64,000 nt of DNA from Clostridia bacterium (GTDB lineage Bacteria > CBDUZB01 > JAGLHV01): NCBI GenBank assembly GCA_030637025.1, contig DAOVVV010000009.1:268-64267 (forward strand), in the 5' to 3' direction. How positions within the stretch are numbered: position 1 is the first letter of the stretch; each line of letters begins with the position of its first letter. The notes under the pieces are model-generated. The model saw only the letters and a list, made by a program, of their open reading frames with translations, was not told the DNA's origin and did not search any database. A program made the translations under genes and the position numbers. This document shows, piece after piece, positions 30,793-40,393 of this stretch.

Positions 30793-31698
30793 TTATTGCA
30801 AATAATCACTCAGTGCTTCTTTCCAGCTTCTCAATTTATCCCACCCCTCTAAGTTCCAGCAAAAATTATTCAGACTTGAAAATTCAGGACGCTTAGCCGG
30901 ACGATTTAATTTTTCACTCTTGATAGGTTTTATCTCTTTTACTTTTAAATTATTATCTTTAATTTTTAATTGATTAACAATTTCCCGGGCAAAATCATAC
31001 CATGAACAATATTCACTATTAGTAATATGCCAGATACCATAAGAACCGCTATTTTCTGATTGGGAAAAAGTAATAAGTTTTTCAATAGCAGCAGCCAAAT
31101 CCTTAGTATAAGTAGGAGAACCGATTTGGTCATTAACTACCTCTAAGTATTCTTTCTCTTTGGCCAAATTTGTAATAGTATCTACAAAATTTTTTCCTTC
31201 TTTACCGTATAACCACGACGTGCGCACAATGTAAAACTTAGTAAGCAGTTTCTGGACGTATAATTCACCGTAATATTTTGACTTACCATAGACACTTAAA
31301 GGTTTGGTTAAATCCAATTCCACATAAGGACACCCTTTTTTTCCGTCAAAAACAAAATCCGAACTAATATATAAAAGAGCAGCATCAAATCTTTGACAGG
31401 CTAAAGCTATATTTCTGGTCCCCAGCATATTTACTCTGAAAGCCAACTCCTTATTGGTTTCACACCCATCTACATCGGTATAAGCTGCTGTATGTATTAC
31501 TAACTGGGGATTTACTTTGGTAATCAACTCATAGGTTTTATTCATATCGGTGATATCAAGTTGTTGAAATTTGTCCCCGGTTAAACTTATATTATTATTA
31601 TTTTTTATATCCATCCCGTATAATTCGTGTTTAGCTTCCAACTGCCTCCACAAATCCATACCCAGCATCCCGCACACACCTGTAATTAAAATCCGCAA
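30793..31698 (-). CDS. rmlD: dTDP-4-dehydrorhamnose reductase
   Basis: AAYTDVD, SDFVFDG, YGKSK, DQIGSPT, AKRP motifs. Confidence 0.95.
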   Translation of the reverse strand: MRILITGVCGMLGMDLWRQLEAKHELYGMDIKNNNNISLTGDKFQQLDITDMNKTYELITKVNPQLVIHTAAYTDVDGCETNKELAFRVNMLGTRNIALACQRFDAALLYISSDFVFDGKKGCPYVELDLTKPLSVYGKSKYYGELYVQKLLTKFYIVRTSWLYGKEGKNFVDTITNLAKEKEYLEVVNDQIGSPTYTKDLAAAIEKLITFSQSENSGSYGIWHITNSEYCSWYDFAREIVNQLKIKDNNLKVKEIKPIKSEKLNRPAKRPEFSSLNNFCWNLEGWDKLRSWKEALSDYLQ

Positions 31699-31816
31699 AT
31701 CCCGTCACTCTCCTTTTTAAGTCCTCATTATCTTTTTATATTTTATCACTTCTGTCCACTAAAAAACCAGAAAACAAAACAATTATCTAAACACTAATTC
31801 TCATCTAAAAATTCGG

Positions 31817-31899
31817 GTAGGAAATAACATGAACTTGTCCTGAACATAGTCGAAAGATGTCACCCGAAAATAGAAGGGTTTGATAAATCAAACCCCTAC
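31817..31899. repeat. GTAG...CTAC REP doublet with a 24-nt insert in the first hairpin
   Basis: gtagg-aaataacatgaa[cttgtcctgaacatagtcgaaaga]tgtcaccc ... gggtttgataaatcaaacccctac. Confidence 0.7.
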
Positions 31900-31967
31900 A
31901 AATATATTGAAAACACAATATAACCAAATTGATGCAAACTGAAAATCTTTAGTGATCAAGGTATATA

Positions 31968-32924
31968 TTATTTAAGTTTTTTCCACCACTCTTCATTTAT
32001 TTTATACCATTCGATCGTTTCTGCTAAAAGCTGCTGAAAATTTTCCTGCGGCTGCCAGCCCAATTCTTTTTTTATCTTTGTACAATCTACTGCATATCTT
32101 CTATCATGGCCTAAACGGTCTTCAACCGGCTTAATTAATTCTGTCGGCTTATTTAATATATCCAAAATCATTTTGGTCAATTGAATATTGGTTACTTCAT
32201 TATCTCCTCCGATATTATAAGTCTCACCTATCCTACCTTTGTGCAAAACTAAATCTATGGCCCGGCAATGGTCCAAAACATACAACCAATCTCTTACATT
32301 CATTCCGTCGCCATAAAGAGGCAGGGATTGATTATTTAGAGCATTAGTAACAAACAGAGGAATAACTTTTTCCGGAAATTGATAAGGACCGAAATTATTA
32401 GAAGAACGGGTAATAATAGCCGGAAGATTAAAAGTAACCCAGTAAGAATAGGCCAATAAATCAGCACTTGCTTTACTGGAAGAATAAGGACTGGAAGGTT
32501 TTAAATTATCTGATTCTTTAAAAGAACCTTTCTCAATAGAACCATATACTTCATCCGTTGAGATTTGAATATAGCGATTGATTTTATGCCTTTTTGCTGC
32601 CTCTAAAAGGCAAAAAGTACCGTAAATATTAGTCGTAATAAAATCTTTTGCCTCGTTTATTGATTTGTCAACAAAACTTTCTGCTGCAAAATTAACTACA
32701 ACATCAACTTGATTAACCAATTCATTTACTATATTTTCATCGCTAATATCACCTTTAACAAATCGGTAACGGGAATTATCTTCTAAATCTCTTAAATTAT
32801 CCAGATTACCGCAATAAGTAAGTTTATCCAGATTAATAATTTTATAATCAGGATATTTATTCAATATAAGTCTTATAAAATTAGACCCAATAAAACCCGC
32901 TCCTCCGGTAACTAACATTTTCAT
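31968..32924 (-). CDS. rmlB: dTDP-glucose 4,6-dehydratase
   Basis: [41 protein letters not shown] motifs. Confidence 0.96.
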   Translation of the reverse strand: MKMLVTGGAGFIGSNFIRLILNKYPDYKIINLDKLTYCGNLDNLRDLEDNSRYRFVKGDISDENIVNELVNQVDVVVNFAAESFVDKSINEAKDFITTNIYGTFCLLEAAKRHKINRYIQISTDEVYGSIEKGSFKESDNLKPSSPYSSSKASADLLAYSYWVTFNLPAIITRSSNNFGPYQFPEKVIPLFVTNALNNQSLPLYGDGMNVRDWLYVLDHCRAIDLVLHKGRIGETYNIGGDNEVTNIQLTKMILDILNKPTELIKPVEDRLGHDRRYAVDCTKIKKELGWQPQENFQQLLAETIEWYKINEEWWKKLK

Positions 32925-32944
32925 TGTTTTTTCTCCAGATTTTT

Positions 32945-33400
32945 TTATCTGTCTTTCCTATTCCAGTCGTAAGGTATCTGATTACTATGAGCCGGAATTC
33001 TAAATTCATCCGGTTGGTTATAATTAAACAATTGTGTGGGACAATTTATACAAATAGCTTCCTGTTCACTAATACACTTAAAACCATGATACACCAAAAG
33101 AGGAATTTGCAAGAGAATAGGATTTTGTTCTCCCATAAAAAATTCATTTACTTCCCCTTTAGTACGAGAATTATCCCTCTCATCGTACAACACGACTTTC
33201 ATCATTCCTTTTACCACGACAAAATTATCAACTTGTTTTTTGTGATAATGCCATCCTTTTACTACGCCCGGATAAGCAGTAGTCATATAAATCTGTCCAA
33301 ATTTAATAAATAACTCATCATCACTACGCAGCATTTCCATCAGTCTTCCCCGTTCATCAGGAATAACTTTTAATTTTTTTATTTTCACACTCTCAATCAT
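32945..33400 (-). CDS. rmlC: dTDP-4-dehydrorhamnose 3,5-epimerase (short cupin type)
   Basis: DERGRLME, PGVVKGWHYH, HGF motifs; lies between rmlA and rmlB. Confidence 0.9.
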   Translation of the reverse strand: MIESVKIKKLKVIPDERGRLMEMLRSDDELFIKFGQIYMTTAYPGVVKGWHYHKKQVDNFVVVKGMMKVVLYDERDNSRTKGEVNEFFMGEQNPILLQIPLLVYHGFKCISEQEAICINCPTQLFNYNQPDEFRIPAHSNQIPYDWNRKDR

Positions 33401-33420
33401 ATTCCCCTCCTATTTTTTTA

Positions 33421-33452
33421 AACTCCCAACTTCAAATTTCAAACTCCAAACT
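33421..33452 (+). repeat. Heptamer tandem array AA(C/T)T(C/T)C(C/A)
   Basis: aactccc aacttca aatttca aactcca. Confidence 0.7.
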
Positions 33453-33472
33453 TTTTTATATCATCTAAAAAC

Positions 33473-33630
33473 AAAGGTGAAATATGTTTTGAACGACTTA
33501 GCAAATTTTAGCAAAAATAAGCGTTAAAAAAATGAGCTTGTCTGAGCAAAGCGAGTTGCTCATTTTTAGCTTGTTTTTGCGTGCCCGAAGGGTAAAATTA
33601 TGCGTCCAGAGAAAAACATGTTTTGCCTTG
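33473..33630 (+). mobile_element. 158-bp long-hairpin element, solitary copy
   Basis: Near-identical to 46578-46735; 18-bp imperfect terminal inverted repeats; internal stems. Confidence 0.85.
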
Positions 33631-33811
33631 ATTTCCCTTATTCTAGACACTAACTCATAAATACTATGTCACAAATAGTCATATACTCACTTCGTTCGCG
33701 TCATATATTGTCATAAACTATGAGCTATTTGGTCTATGGACTATAAATTATTCTTTGTCTTTTGTTTTGAATTTAGTTTTTTGTATTTAGTATTTGTCTT
33801 TTATCTGTTGC

Positions 33812-33843
33812 CTATGGACTATCGACTGTGGACTATGGACTGT
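33812..33843 (+). repeat. Heptamer array CT(A/G)T(G/C)GA
   Basis: ctatgga ctatcga ctgtgga ctatgga; also at 50985 and 53773. Confidence 0.9.
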
Positions 33844-33863
33844 CTGTTGTCTTCCAACTGTCT

Positions 33864-34925
33864 CTATATCACCTCTACTCTTGAACCATCTCCTACCATT
33901 ATTCGATAAGCTATAGGTTTTGTTGTAGACCTTAAAATTTCCACATTTTGTCCGATCAAACTATCTTCAATTCTTTTTATATCTTTTATTTTACTCTTTT
34001 GTAAAACAATACTATGTTCTATTTCGCTATTTTCTATTGTCACTTCATAATAAACAGAACTAAAAGGGCCAACATAAGAATGAACTATTTTCGTATCTTT
34101 ACCAATAATTACCGGGCCCCGAATTACACTATTAATTATTTCTGCACCTTTTTCTACTACAACCTTACCATATATTTTAGAGTTTTCGTCTATTTTACCT
34201 TCTATCTTCTCTGATAAACTATCCAGAATGATTCTATTTGCTTCCAGGATGTCTTCCAATTTACCCGTATCCTTCCACCAACCATCAATAATATGCGGAT
34301 GAACAGTAAATTTATGGTCAATTAAATATTGAATCGCATCGGTAATTTCTAACTCTCCACGATTAGAGGGTTTAATGTTTTCTACTGCCTCAAAAATAGA
34401 TTTATCAAACATATACACGCCAACCAGAGCTAAATCACTGCGGGGGTTTTCAGGTTTTTCTACAAGTTTTAACACTTTCCCTTCTTTTAATTCCGCTACT
34501 CCAAATTGTTCCGGGTGAGCAACCCGGGCTAACAAAATTTGCGAAGCAGGACGAATCTTTCTGAATCTATCAACTAAAGAAACAATACCGTCTTTAATTA
34601 AATTATCTCCCAGAAACATAACAAAGTCATCCCCGTTGATAAATCCTTTAGAAATCTTTACTGCATGAGCTAAACCCAAAGGTGCTTCCTGCTCAATATA
34701 GGTTATTTTTACGCCCCACTTAGAACCATTCCCCAATGCCGCTTTAATCTCTTCTTTGGTATCACCAACTACCACCCCGATATCTTTAATACCTGCTTCT
34801 TTAATTGATTCTATGGCATAAAAAAGAATCGGTTTATTAGCTATAGGAACAAGTTGTTTAGCATTGGTATGGGTAATTGGCCGTAAACGAGTTCCTTTCC
34901 CACCGCTTAAAACTAAAGCTTTCAT
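33864..34925 (-). CDS. rmlA: Glucose-1-phosphate thymidylyltransferase (long form)
   Basis: LSGGKGTRLRPIT, KQLVP, PLGLAHA, RGELEITDA, WKDTG motifs plus a beta-helix tail. Confidence 0.94.
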   Translation of the reverse strand: MKALVLSGGKGTRLRPITHTNAKQLVPIANKPILFYAIESIKEAGIKDIGVVVGDTKEEIKAALGNGSKWGVKITYIEQEAPLGLAHAVKISKGFINGDDFVMFLGDNLIKDGIVSLVDRFRKIRPASQILLARVAHPEQFGVAELKEGKVLKLVEKPENPRSDLALVGVYMFDKSIFEAVENIKPSNRGELEITDAIQYLIDHKFTVHPHIIDGWWKDTGKLEDILEANRIILDSLSEKIEGKIDENSKIYGKVVVEKGAEIINSVIRGPVIIGKDTKIVHSYVGPFSSVYYEVTIENSEIEHSIVLQKSKIKDIKRIEDSLIGQNVEILRSTTKPIAYRIMVGDGSRVEVI

Positions 34926-34992
34926 CTCATACCCTTCCGGTATTTATTTTACAAGTTCAACTTTATGATTACTATTTTTAAAATTCTAATCT

Positions 34993-35805
34993 TTATCTTT
35001 TTTGAGTATTAGAACGCTCCAAATAATCAACAAAAGCAGCTACTCCCAGTCCAACAATTAATCCAATAAAAGCAGCAAGCAAAACATTTATTTTTTTTCT
35101 CGGTAATATTGGTTTATCATTTTTTAAAGGAACTACAATTATACGGGTAGGTTCTGCCGCATAAGATTCCTCCAGGTTTTTTTCATAGAACTGCTCTTTT
35201 AACTCATTATATCTATCCAGACTATTTTCCAAACTTTCTACATATCCCTGAACTATATAAGCTTTTGCCTGGGAATCTGTTTGTTCATTTCTCTTTATTT
35301 TATCTCTAATGTTTTTTATGTCTTTTTCCATTTCTACCAATTGATTTTCCACACCGGCATTATATTCCTTTAAAATTTCTTTCCTTTTGTCAAAAAAACG
35401 TTGGTGTCTTTCTAAAATAACTTTTCCTGCAGAATCTACTAATTCCAGAGCGATAGAAGGCGTCTTTCCTCTCCCTTTCACTTCCAAAATATCCTCAGAT
35501 CCCGATATAATAATTTTTCCTCTTATTCCTTCAATTTCCTTTTCTGTTACAGGTAAATTAAGTTTTTTAACTACTTTTTCTAAAATCGAATTTGTCTGGA
35601 AAATTTTTATAACAGTATTTCCCGTTTCCAGATATTCCTCTCTCACCTTTCCCATCCTAAGCATTCCCCTTGCTTCATAAACTTTAGGCAAAGAAAAAGA
35701 AATTATTACACTAACTATAACACTGCTTAAAAATACACCTAAAATAATTTTCCACCTTTTTTTAATCATATTTAAATAATCTTTTAAATCAATTTCTTCT
35801 TCCAT
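34993..35805 (-). CDS. wzz: Wzz-family chain-length determinant
   Basis: EEIDL N-terminus, two terminal TM helices, central coiled coil, PILPRK. Confidence 0.85.
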   Translation of the reverse strand: MEEEIDLKDYLNMIKKRWKIILGVFLSSVIVSVIISFSLPKVYEARGMLRMGKVREEYLETGNTVIKIFQTNSILEKVVKKLNLPVTEKEIEGIRGKIIISGSEDILEVKGRGKTPSIALELVDSAGKVILERHQRFFDKRKEILKEYNAGVENQLVEMEKDIKNIRDKIKRNEQTDSQAKAYIVQGYVESLENSLDRYNELKEQFYEKNLEESYAAEPTRIIVVPLKNDKPILPRKKINVLLAAFIGLIVGLGVAAFVDYLERSNTQKR

Positions 35806-35840
35806 TTTTATTTATCCCCCTTCATTTAAAATTGTCCTTA

Positions 35841-36025
35841 TAGACTTCTGCAAAATAACCTTTTTGCCTGCCCGCTCCGCCTCAGGCGCTTGTCCGCCTC
35901 TGGAGGAGATAAGGTGGGTCATTCCTGCGAAAGCAGGAATCTATTGATATTTAAAAACATTATAGATTCCGCATCGTCCGCCTCAGGCGGAGCGGAATGA
36001 CAGAATATTGTATTTTTCAAAACTC
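35841..36025. mobile_element. MITE-like element with a 15-bp target-site duplication, carrying a REP doublet and micro-hairpins
   Basis: Exact direct repeat ttaaaattgtcctta at 35826-35840 and 36026-36040; TIRs agacttctgcaaaata / tatttttcaaaactct (13/16). Confidence 0.88.
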
Positions 36026-36066
36026 TTAAAATTGTCCTTAATTTCACTCCAAATTAATAATTTTTA

Positions 36067-36095
36067 ATTGTAACAAAAACAGGTTTAAATTGCAA
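36067..36095 (-). promoter_or_regulatory. Putative sigma70 promoter of the wzz-rml operon
   Basis: TTGCAA-N17-TACAAT with TG extended -10 on the minus strand. Confidence 0.6.
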
Positions 36096-36117
36096 ATGAA
36101 ATTTAAAAAGGAATTAT

Positions 36118-38157
36118 TTAATAACTTTTTGTCCTAAAATCCCATTCTTTTTGCTCAACATTACGGTGTATTCCTATCTTTCGGGAAGGAAATACTTTAA
36201 GATTTAACATAAGCCAGATTTCTTCTTCATTTGTCCTTTTCTTCCAGGAAATCCATCCTTCCCAGCAATGTAAATCTTTCCAGATAATAATTTCCCTTTC
36301 AATCGGCTTGGAATAATTTATTACACTAAAACAAAAGTCGTAACGGAAATTTCCCTCTAATTTTAATTTTTTAGGAATCAACCAAAAACCTATTCCTGTA
36401 TTTATATCTATCATATCCGGACGGGATGATACATAATTACATCTTTCTTTAAAATACCATCTCTCATTCTTTTCCCACAAAAATTCTCCCTGCAAAGATT
36501 GATTTTCTCCTTTGTCTATATTATAAATTTCTTTAAGATAAACTCTTTTAAGTAAACCTTCTTCCTGAGGGGAAACAAATTGCAATTCACTTATTAAATT
36601 ATCCATTTTCCCTTTCCGTATTCCCCTAAAATTATAACCGGTAGAAACAATGAAATTCATATAAGGGTTAAACCTAAAAATATTTCTAGTAGACAATTTA
36701 CTTAAAGGATCCAGATTCGGCCAATCCCCCTTTTCGTATAATATATCTTTTAAATTATAGGTTAAGTCTGTATCCAGCCACCAGACAGGACGAATTCTTA
36801 AATTAGTTTTGGTATTATACTGGTTTTGATGGGATTCTTCTTCTAAAAATTGATGAAAATCTACTTTCGGAGTCAATCGCATATATTTATTTAAAGAAAA
36901 ACCGCCGGTCAATCCGAATTTCCCATCGGAAGAAAATAAATAATCACCTCTTACTGCCGTATAATGATTTTGAGCATTTAAAGACCCGAACCAGTAAATA
37001 GGATTATTTTTAATAGAAATCAATTTATGGGGAAAAAGTGAAAAACTAAATTCAGGAGCATAAACATATTCTTTCTGAAAAGAATCATCCTCCCACTGGT
37101 CTTTTCGCTTCCCTGCGATTGTAGACTGATATACACCTTTATTTAAAGTTAAAGATACATGCGATTTTAATTCCTCTGTTACCCTTGCTTCATTATAACC
37201 ATAATTAAAAAATTCACCCTCGGAAGAGGAAATTTCACTCGGGGTATTAGCAAACTTATACTTATCATTAAATAAGCGGTCACTCATAAAATTTACATTT
37301 GCCGTCCCGGTTAGATATTGATTAAATTTTTGCCAATGCGAAACCCTGTTATTCCATCTTTCTATCTGCTTATCTTTTTCTTTAATATAATAAGTATAAA
37401 CCGACCCCTTTGTCTTATCAGGCACATCATAATCAAATTCTAAACCAACCCCCACTCCTTTATTACTCATACAATCCAGATATAATTTACCATAAGTATA
37501 TAAACTTAAAGGATAACCAAATTTAATCTTAACAAATTGTCCCTGTTCACTATTAGAACCTATACGTATATCTAATTTATATTTTTGTTTTTTCAACGGT
37601 TGGATATAAAACGGTAAATATAAAATCGGGACTTTTCCTACATAAAAAAGTACATTATAAGCAATAATTTTTTTTTTGGGATAAATAATAATTTTCCGGG
37701 CATGTAAAGAATAATGGGGGGCATCTAAATCACAAGTACTAAAAAAACCTCTATGAATTATAATTTTCTCCGGTCCTTCTTTTTGTATTTTCGGCCCTCC
37801 GCAAAACCAGGGAGGACTGGAAAATCTTGCCTTTTCAATCAGGCCTTCTTTAGTTTTTAAATCATAATCCATCCTTTCACCTGAATATGTTCCTCGCTCA
37901 TCTTTTAAAATTACTTCTCCTTTAGCCTGTATTTTCCTATTTTCAGTATTAAAAGCAGCTTCGTTACAATTAAGCTGCACATCCCCATAATTAATTTTCA
38001 CATTTCCCCGGGTATAAATATTTTTTGATTCTTCGTCATATTCCACATAATCAGCACGAAAATGAAGAACATTGTTTTCTTCTCCATAAATATTTATTCC
38101 CGGTCTAAAAATAAAAAAAGCCATTAAAAAAATGGCCGTGTATACTTTTCTTTTCAT
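36118..38157 (-). CDS. LptD-like LPS-assembly outer-membrane protein (OstA N-domain + beta-barrel)
   Basis: Signal peptide; ADYVEYD, FSTCD, PHY, PILYLP; aromatic-rich beta strands; DLHCWEG near the C-terminus. Confidence 0.8.
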   Translation of the reverse strand: MKRKVYTAIFLMAFFIFRPGINIYGEENNVLHFRADYVEYDEESKNIYTRGNVKINYGDVQLNCNEAAFNTENRKIQAKGEVILKDERGTYSGERMDYDLKTKEGLIEKARFSSPPWFCGGPKIQKEGPEKIIIHRGFFSTCDLDAPHYSLHARKIIIYPKKKIIAYNVLFYVGKVPILYLPFYIQPLKKQKYKLDIRIGSNSEQGQFVKIKFGYPLSLYTYGKLYLDCMSNKGVGVGLEFDYDVPDKTKGSVYTYYIKEKDKQIERWNNRVSHWQKFNQYLTGTANVNFMSDRLFNDKYKFANTPSEISSSEGEFFNYGYNEARVTEELKSHVSLTLNKGVYQSTIAGKRKDQWEDDSFQKEYVYAPEFSFSLFPHKLISIKNNPIYWFGSLNAQNHYTAVRGDYLFSSDGKFGLTGGFSLNKYMRLTPKVDFHQFLEEESHQNQYNTKTNLRIRPVWWLDTDLTYNLKDILYEKGDWPNLDPLSKLSTRNIFRFNPYMNFIVSTGYNFRGIRKGKMDNLISELQFVSPQEEGLLKRVYLKEIYNIDKGENQSLQGEFLWEKNERWYFKERCNYVSSRPDMIDINTGIGFWLIPKKLKLEGNFRYDFCFSVINYSKPIEREIIIWKDLHCWEGWISWKKRTNEEEIWLMLNLKVFPSRKIGIHRNVEQKEWDFRTKSY

Positions 38158-38200
38158 TTAAAATTTCCTTAAATCAATATTTTAAATTAAAAGTATCTTA

Positions 38201-39148
38201 TCAATAATAAAGCAACGAAGCCCCTATTACTCCGGCATCTTCTTTCAATTTACCATGGACCAACCTTACCATTCCGGGTGACTTACCAAAAACCCTTTTC
38301 TTTAAAGTATCCTTTAAAGAATCGAATAACACCTCTCCTGCCTTAGAAATTCCGCCGCAAATCACAATCATCTCTAAATCTAAAAGGGTACTTACACTGG
38401 CTAAAATAATCCCTAAATACTCTCCTGTTTCTGCCCAGATTTCTTTAGACAATTTATCTCCCTGCCTTGCTGCTTTTTCTAAAAGCCGGGGAGTTACTTT
38501 TGACCAATCCCCTGATACTTTATCCTTAATAATAGACTTCTCCCCTTTTTTTATTTTCTTAACAGCTCTCTCCACAATATACGACGCTCCCACATATCTT
38601 TCCAAACAGCCGTAATTACCGCAATTACATTTTAAACCTTTAGAAAATAAAGTCATATGCCCGATTTCTCCGGCTTTCCCCTTCCAACCGTGATAAATTT
38701 TATTATTAATAATAATTCCTCCGCCCACTCCTGTTCCTAAAGTTACACAGATTAAATTATCTACTCCTTTAGCCGGTCCTAATTGATGCATATACCAGGC
38801 TGCAGCATTAGCATCATTTTCTAAGATTACCGGCAAGTTAATTTTCTTTTTTATCTTAGCCACCAGAGGAACATTTTTCCAGAATAAATTAGGCGAAAAC
38901 CAAATTTTTCCCTCTTGATGATCAACTTCACCCGCTGCTCCGATTCCTATACCATTTAATTTATCCGGAGAAACACTTTTCATAAGTTCCGTAATTAATA
39001 TAATTACCCGATCGATTATTTTATCAGGACCGTCTGCAACCCTGGTCGGGGCTTTTATTTTATTTATAATATTTCCTTGATTATCCACTAAAGCAACTTT
39101 AATATTGGTACCTCCTAAATCTACACCAATAGTATACTTTTTCTTCAT
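38201..39148 (-). CDS. ROK-family sugar kinase (glucokinase-like)
   Basis: GVDLGGT, ENDANAAA, LGTGVGGG, GEIGH, CNCGNYGCLE motifs. Confidence 0.93.
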   Translation of the reverse strand: MKKKYTIGVDLGGTNIKVALVDNQGNIINKIKAPTRVADGPDKIIDRVIILITELMKSVSPDKLNGIGIGAAGEVDHQEGKIWFSPNLFWKNVPLVAKIKKKINLPVILENDANAAAWYMHQLGPAKGVDNLICVTLGTGVGGGIIINNKIYHGWKGKAGEIGHMTLFSKGLKCNCGNYGCLERYVGASYIVERAVKKIKKGEKSIIKDKVSGDWSKVTPRLLEKAARQGDKLSKEIWAETGEYLGIILASVSTLLDLEMIVICGGISKAGEVLFDSLKDTLKKRVFGKSPGMVRLVHGKLKEDAGVIGASLLYY

Positions 39149-39211
39149 TTGTCCCCTTTCTCCCCTTTCATCCTTTGTTAAAAATTTTTTTATATATTTT
39201 TACGCTTTTTT

Positions 39212-40393
39212 TTATATAATTGTTACAGCTTTCTCTGTTTCCTTGTCAGTGATATCTTTTAGTTTATCCATATCGAAAATATGGATTTTTTTCATATCAA
39301 ACACCAATTCAATTTTTTGTGCCAATTTAGCTTTATTATTAGCATCTACCCTGCTAATAAAAAAATCTTTCCCCGGACTCGTGCGCATATGCAGATAAAT
39401 TTCCGCCCCCAGCGGTTCTATTAACTCTACAGTAGCAATAATGGTATTATCTTTCGTTGCATTCCGGGCATAAAGCTTATCATAAATATCCTCCGCTCTT
39501 ATACCCAACACAACTTTTTTATTCAAGTACGGACGAATAGTTTCTTCCATTTCTTCTATTATTTTAACTTTAAACATCCCTTCATCTAAATAAAGTCCCT
39601 CTTTCCCTTTTATTACCGTACACTCCATAAAATTCATAGGAGGACTGCCGATAAATCCTGCTACAAATTTATTTTCCGGGTTTTTATATAAAGACATTGG
39701 CACATCTACCTGCTGAATTAACCCACTTTTCATTACCACAATTTTATCTCCCATGGTCATTGCTTCTACCTGGTCATGAGTAACATAAATCATTGTAGTT
39801 TTTAGAGCCTCATGTAATTTAACTATCTCCGCTCTCATTTCCATTCTGAGTTTTGCATCTAAATTAGATAACGGTTCATCAAAAAGAAATACCTTGGGTT
39901 TTCTAACAATGGCTCTTCCTACGGCTACTCTTTGTTTTTCTCCTCCTGAAAGAGCCGCAGGTTTTCTATCCAATAAATGAAAAATACCTAAAATCTTTGC
40001 TGCCTCTTCTACCCTCTGTTTTATTTCTTCCTTTGGAAATTTTTTTAATCTTAAAGCAAAAGACATATTTTCATAGGCATTCATATGCGGATAAAGGGCA
40101 TAATTTTGAAATACCATAGCAATATTCCTGTCCTTAGGCGGAACATCATTAATCAATTGATCTCCTATGTAAATTTCTCCCTCGGTAATTTCTTCCAATC
40201 CTGCTACCATCCGTAAACTGGTGGATTTTCCGCATCCCGACGGACCTACCAGCACACAAAATTCTTTATCTTTAACTTCTAAATTAATATTTCTACATCC
40301 TACAACATCTTTTATTTCTGTTTCACCATTTTCATTTTTTACGCGTTTTTTAGGATAAATTTTGGTTACATTCCTGAAGGTTACACCAGCCAT
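39212..40393 (-). CDS. MalK/MsmX-type sugar ABC transporter ATPase
   Basis: GPSGCGKST, FQNYALYPHM, LSGGEKQR, DEPLSNLDAKLR; TOBE tail. Confidence 0.95.
   Translation of the reverse strand: MAGVTFRNVTKIYPKKRVKNENGETEIKDVVGCRNINLEVKDKEFCVLVGPSGCGKSTSLRMVAGLEEITEGEIYIGDQLINDVPPKDRNIAMVFQNYALYPHMNAYENMSFALRLKKFPKEEIKQRVEEAAKILGIFHLLDRKPAALSGGEKQRVAVGRAIVRKPKVFLFDEPLSNLDAKLRMEMRAEIVKLHEALKTTMIYVTHDQVEAMTMGDKIVVMKSGLIQQVDVPMSLYKNPENKFVAGFIGSPPMNFMECTVIKGKEGLYLDEGMFKVKIIEEMEETIRPYLNKKVVLGIRAEDIYDKLYARNATKDNTIIATVELIEPLGAEIYLHMRTSPGKDFFISRVDANNKAKLAQKIELVFDMKKIHIFDMDKLKDITDKETEKAVTII

Noticed and set aside
33473-33630. Hammerhead ribozyme, tRNA or T-box in the 158-bp element
   Set aside because: CTGAGC is present but the CUGANGA/GAAA core, a cloverleaf and the T-box motif are not. 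The element also occurs outside amino-acid operons.
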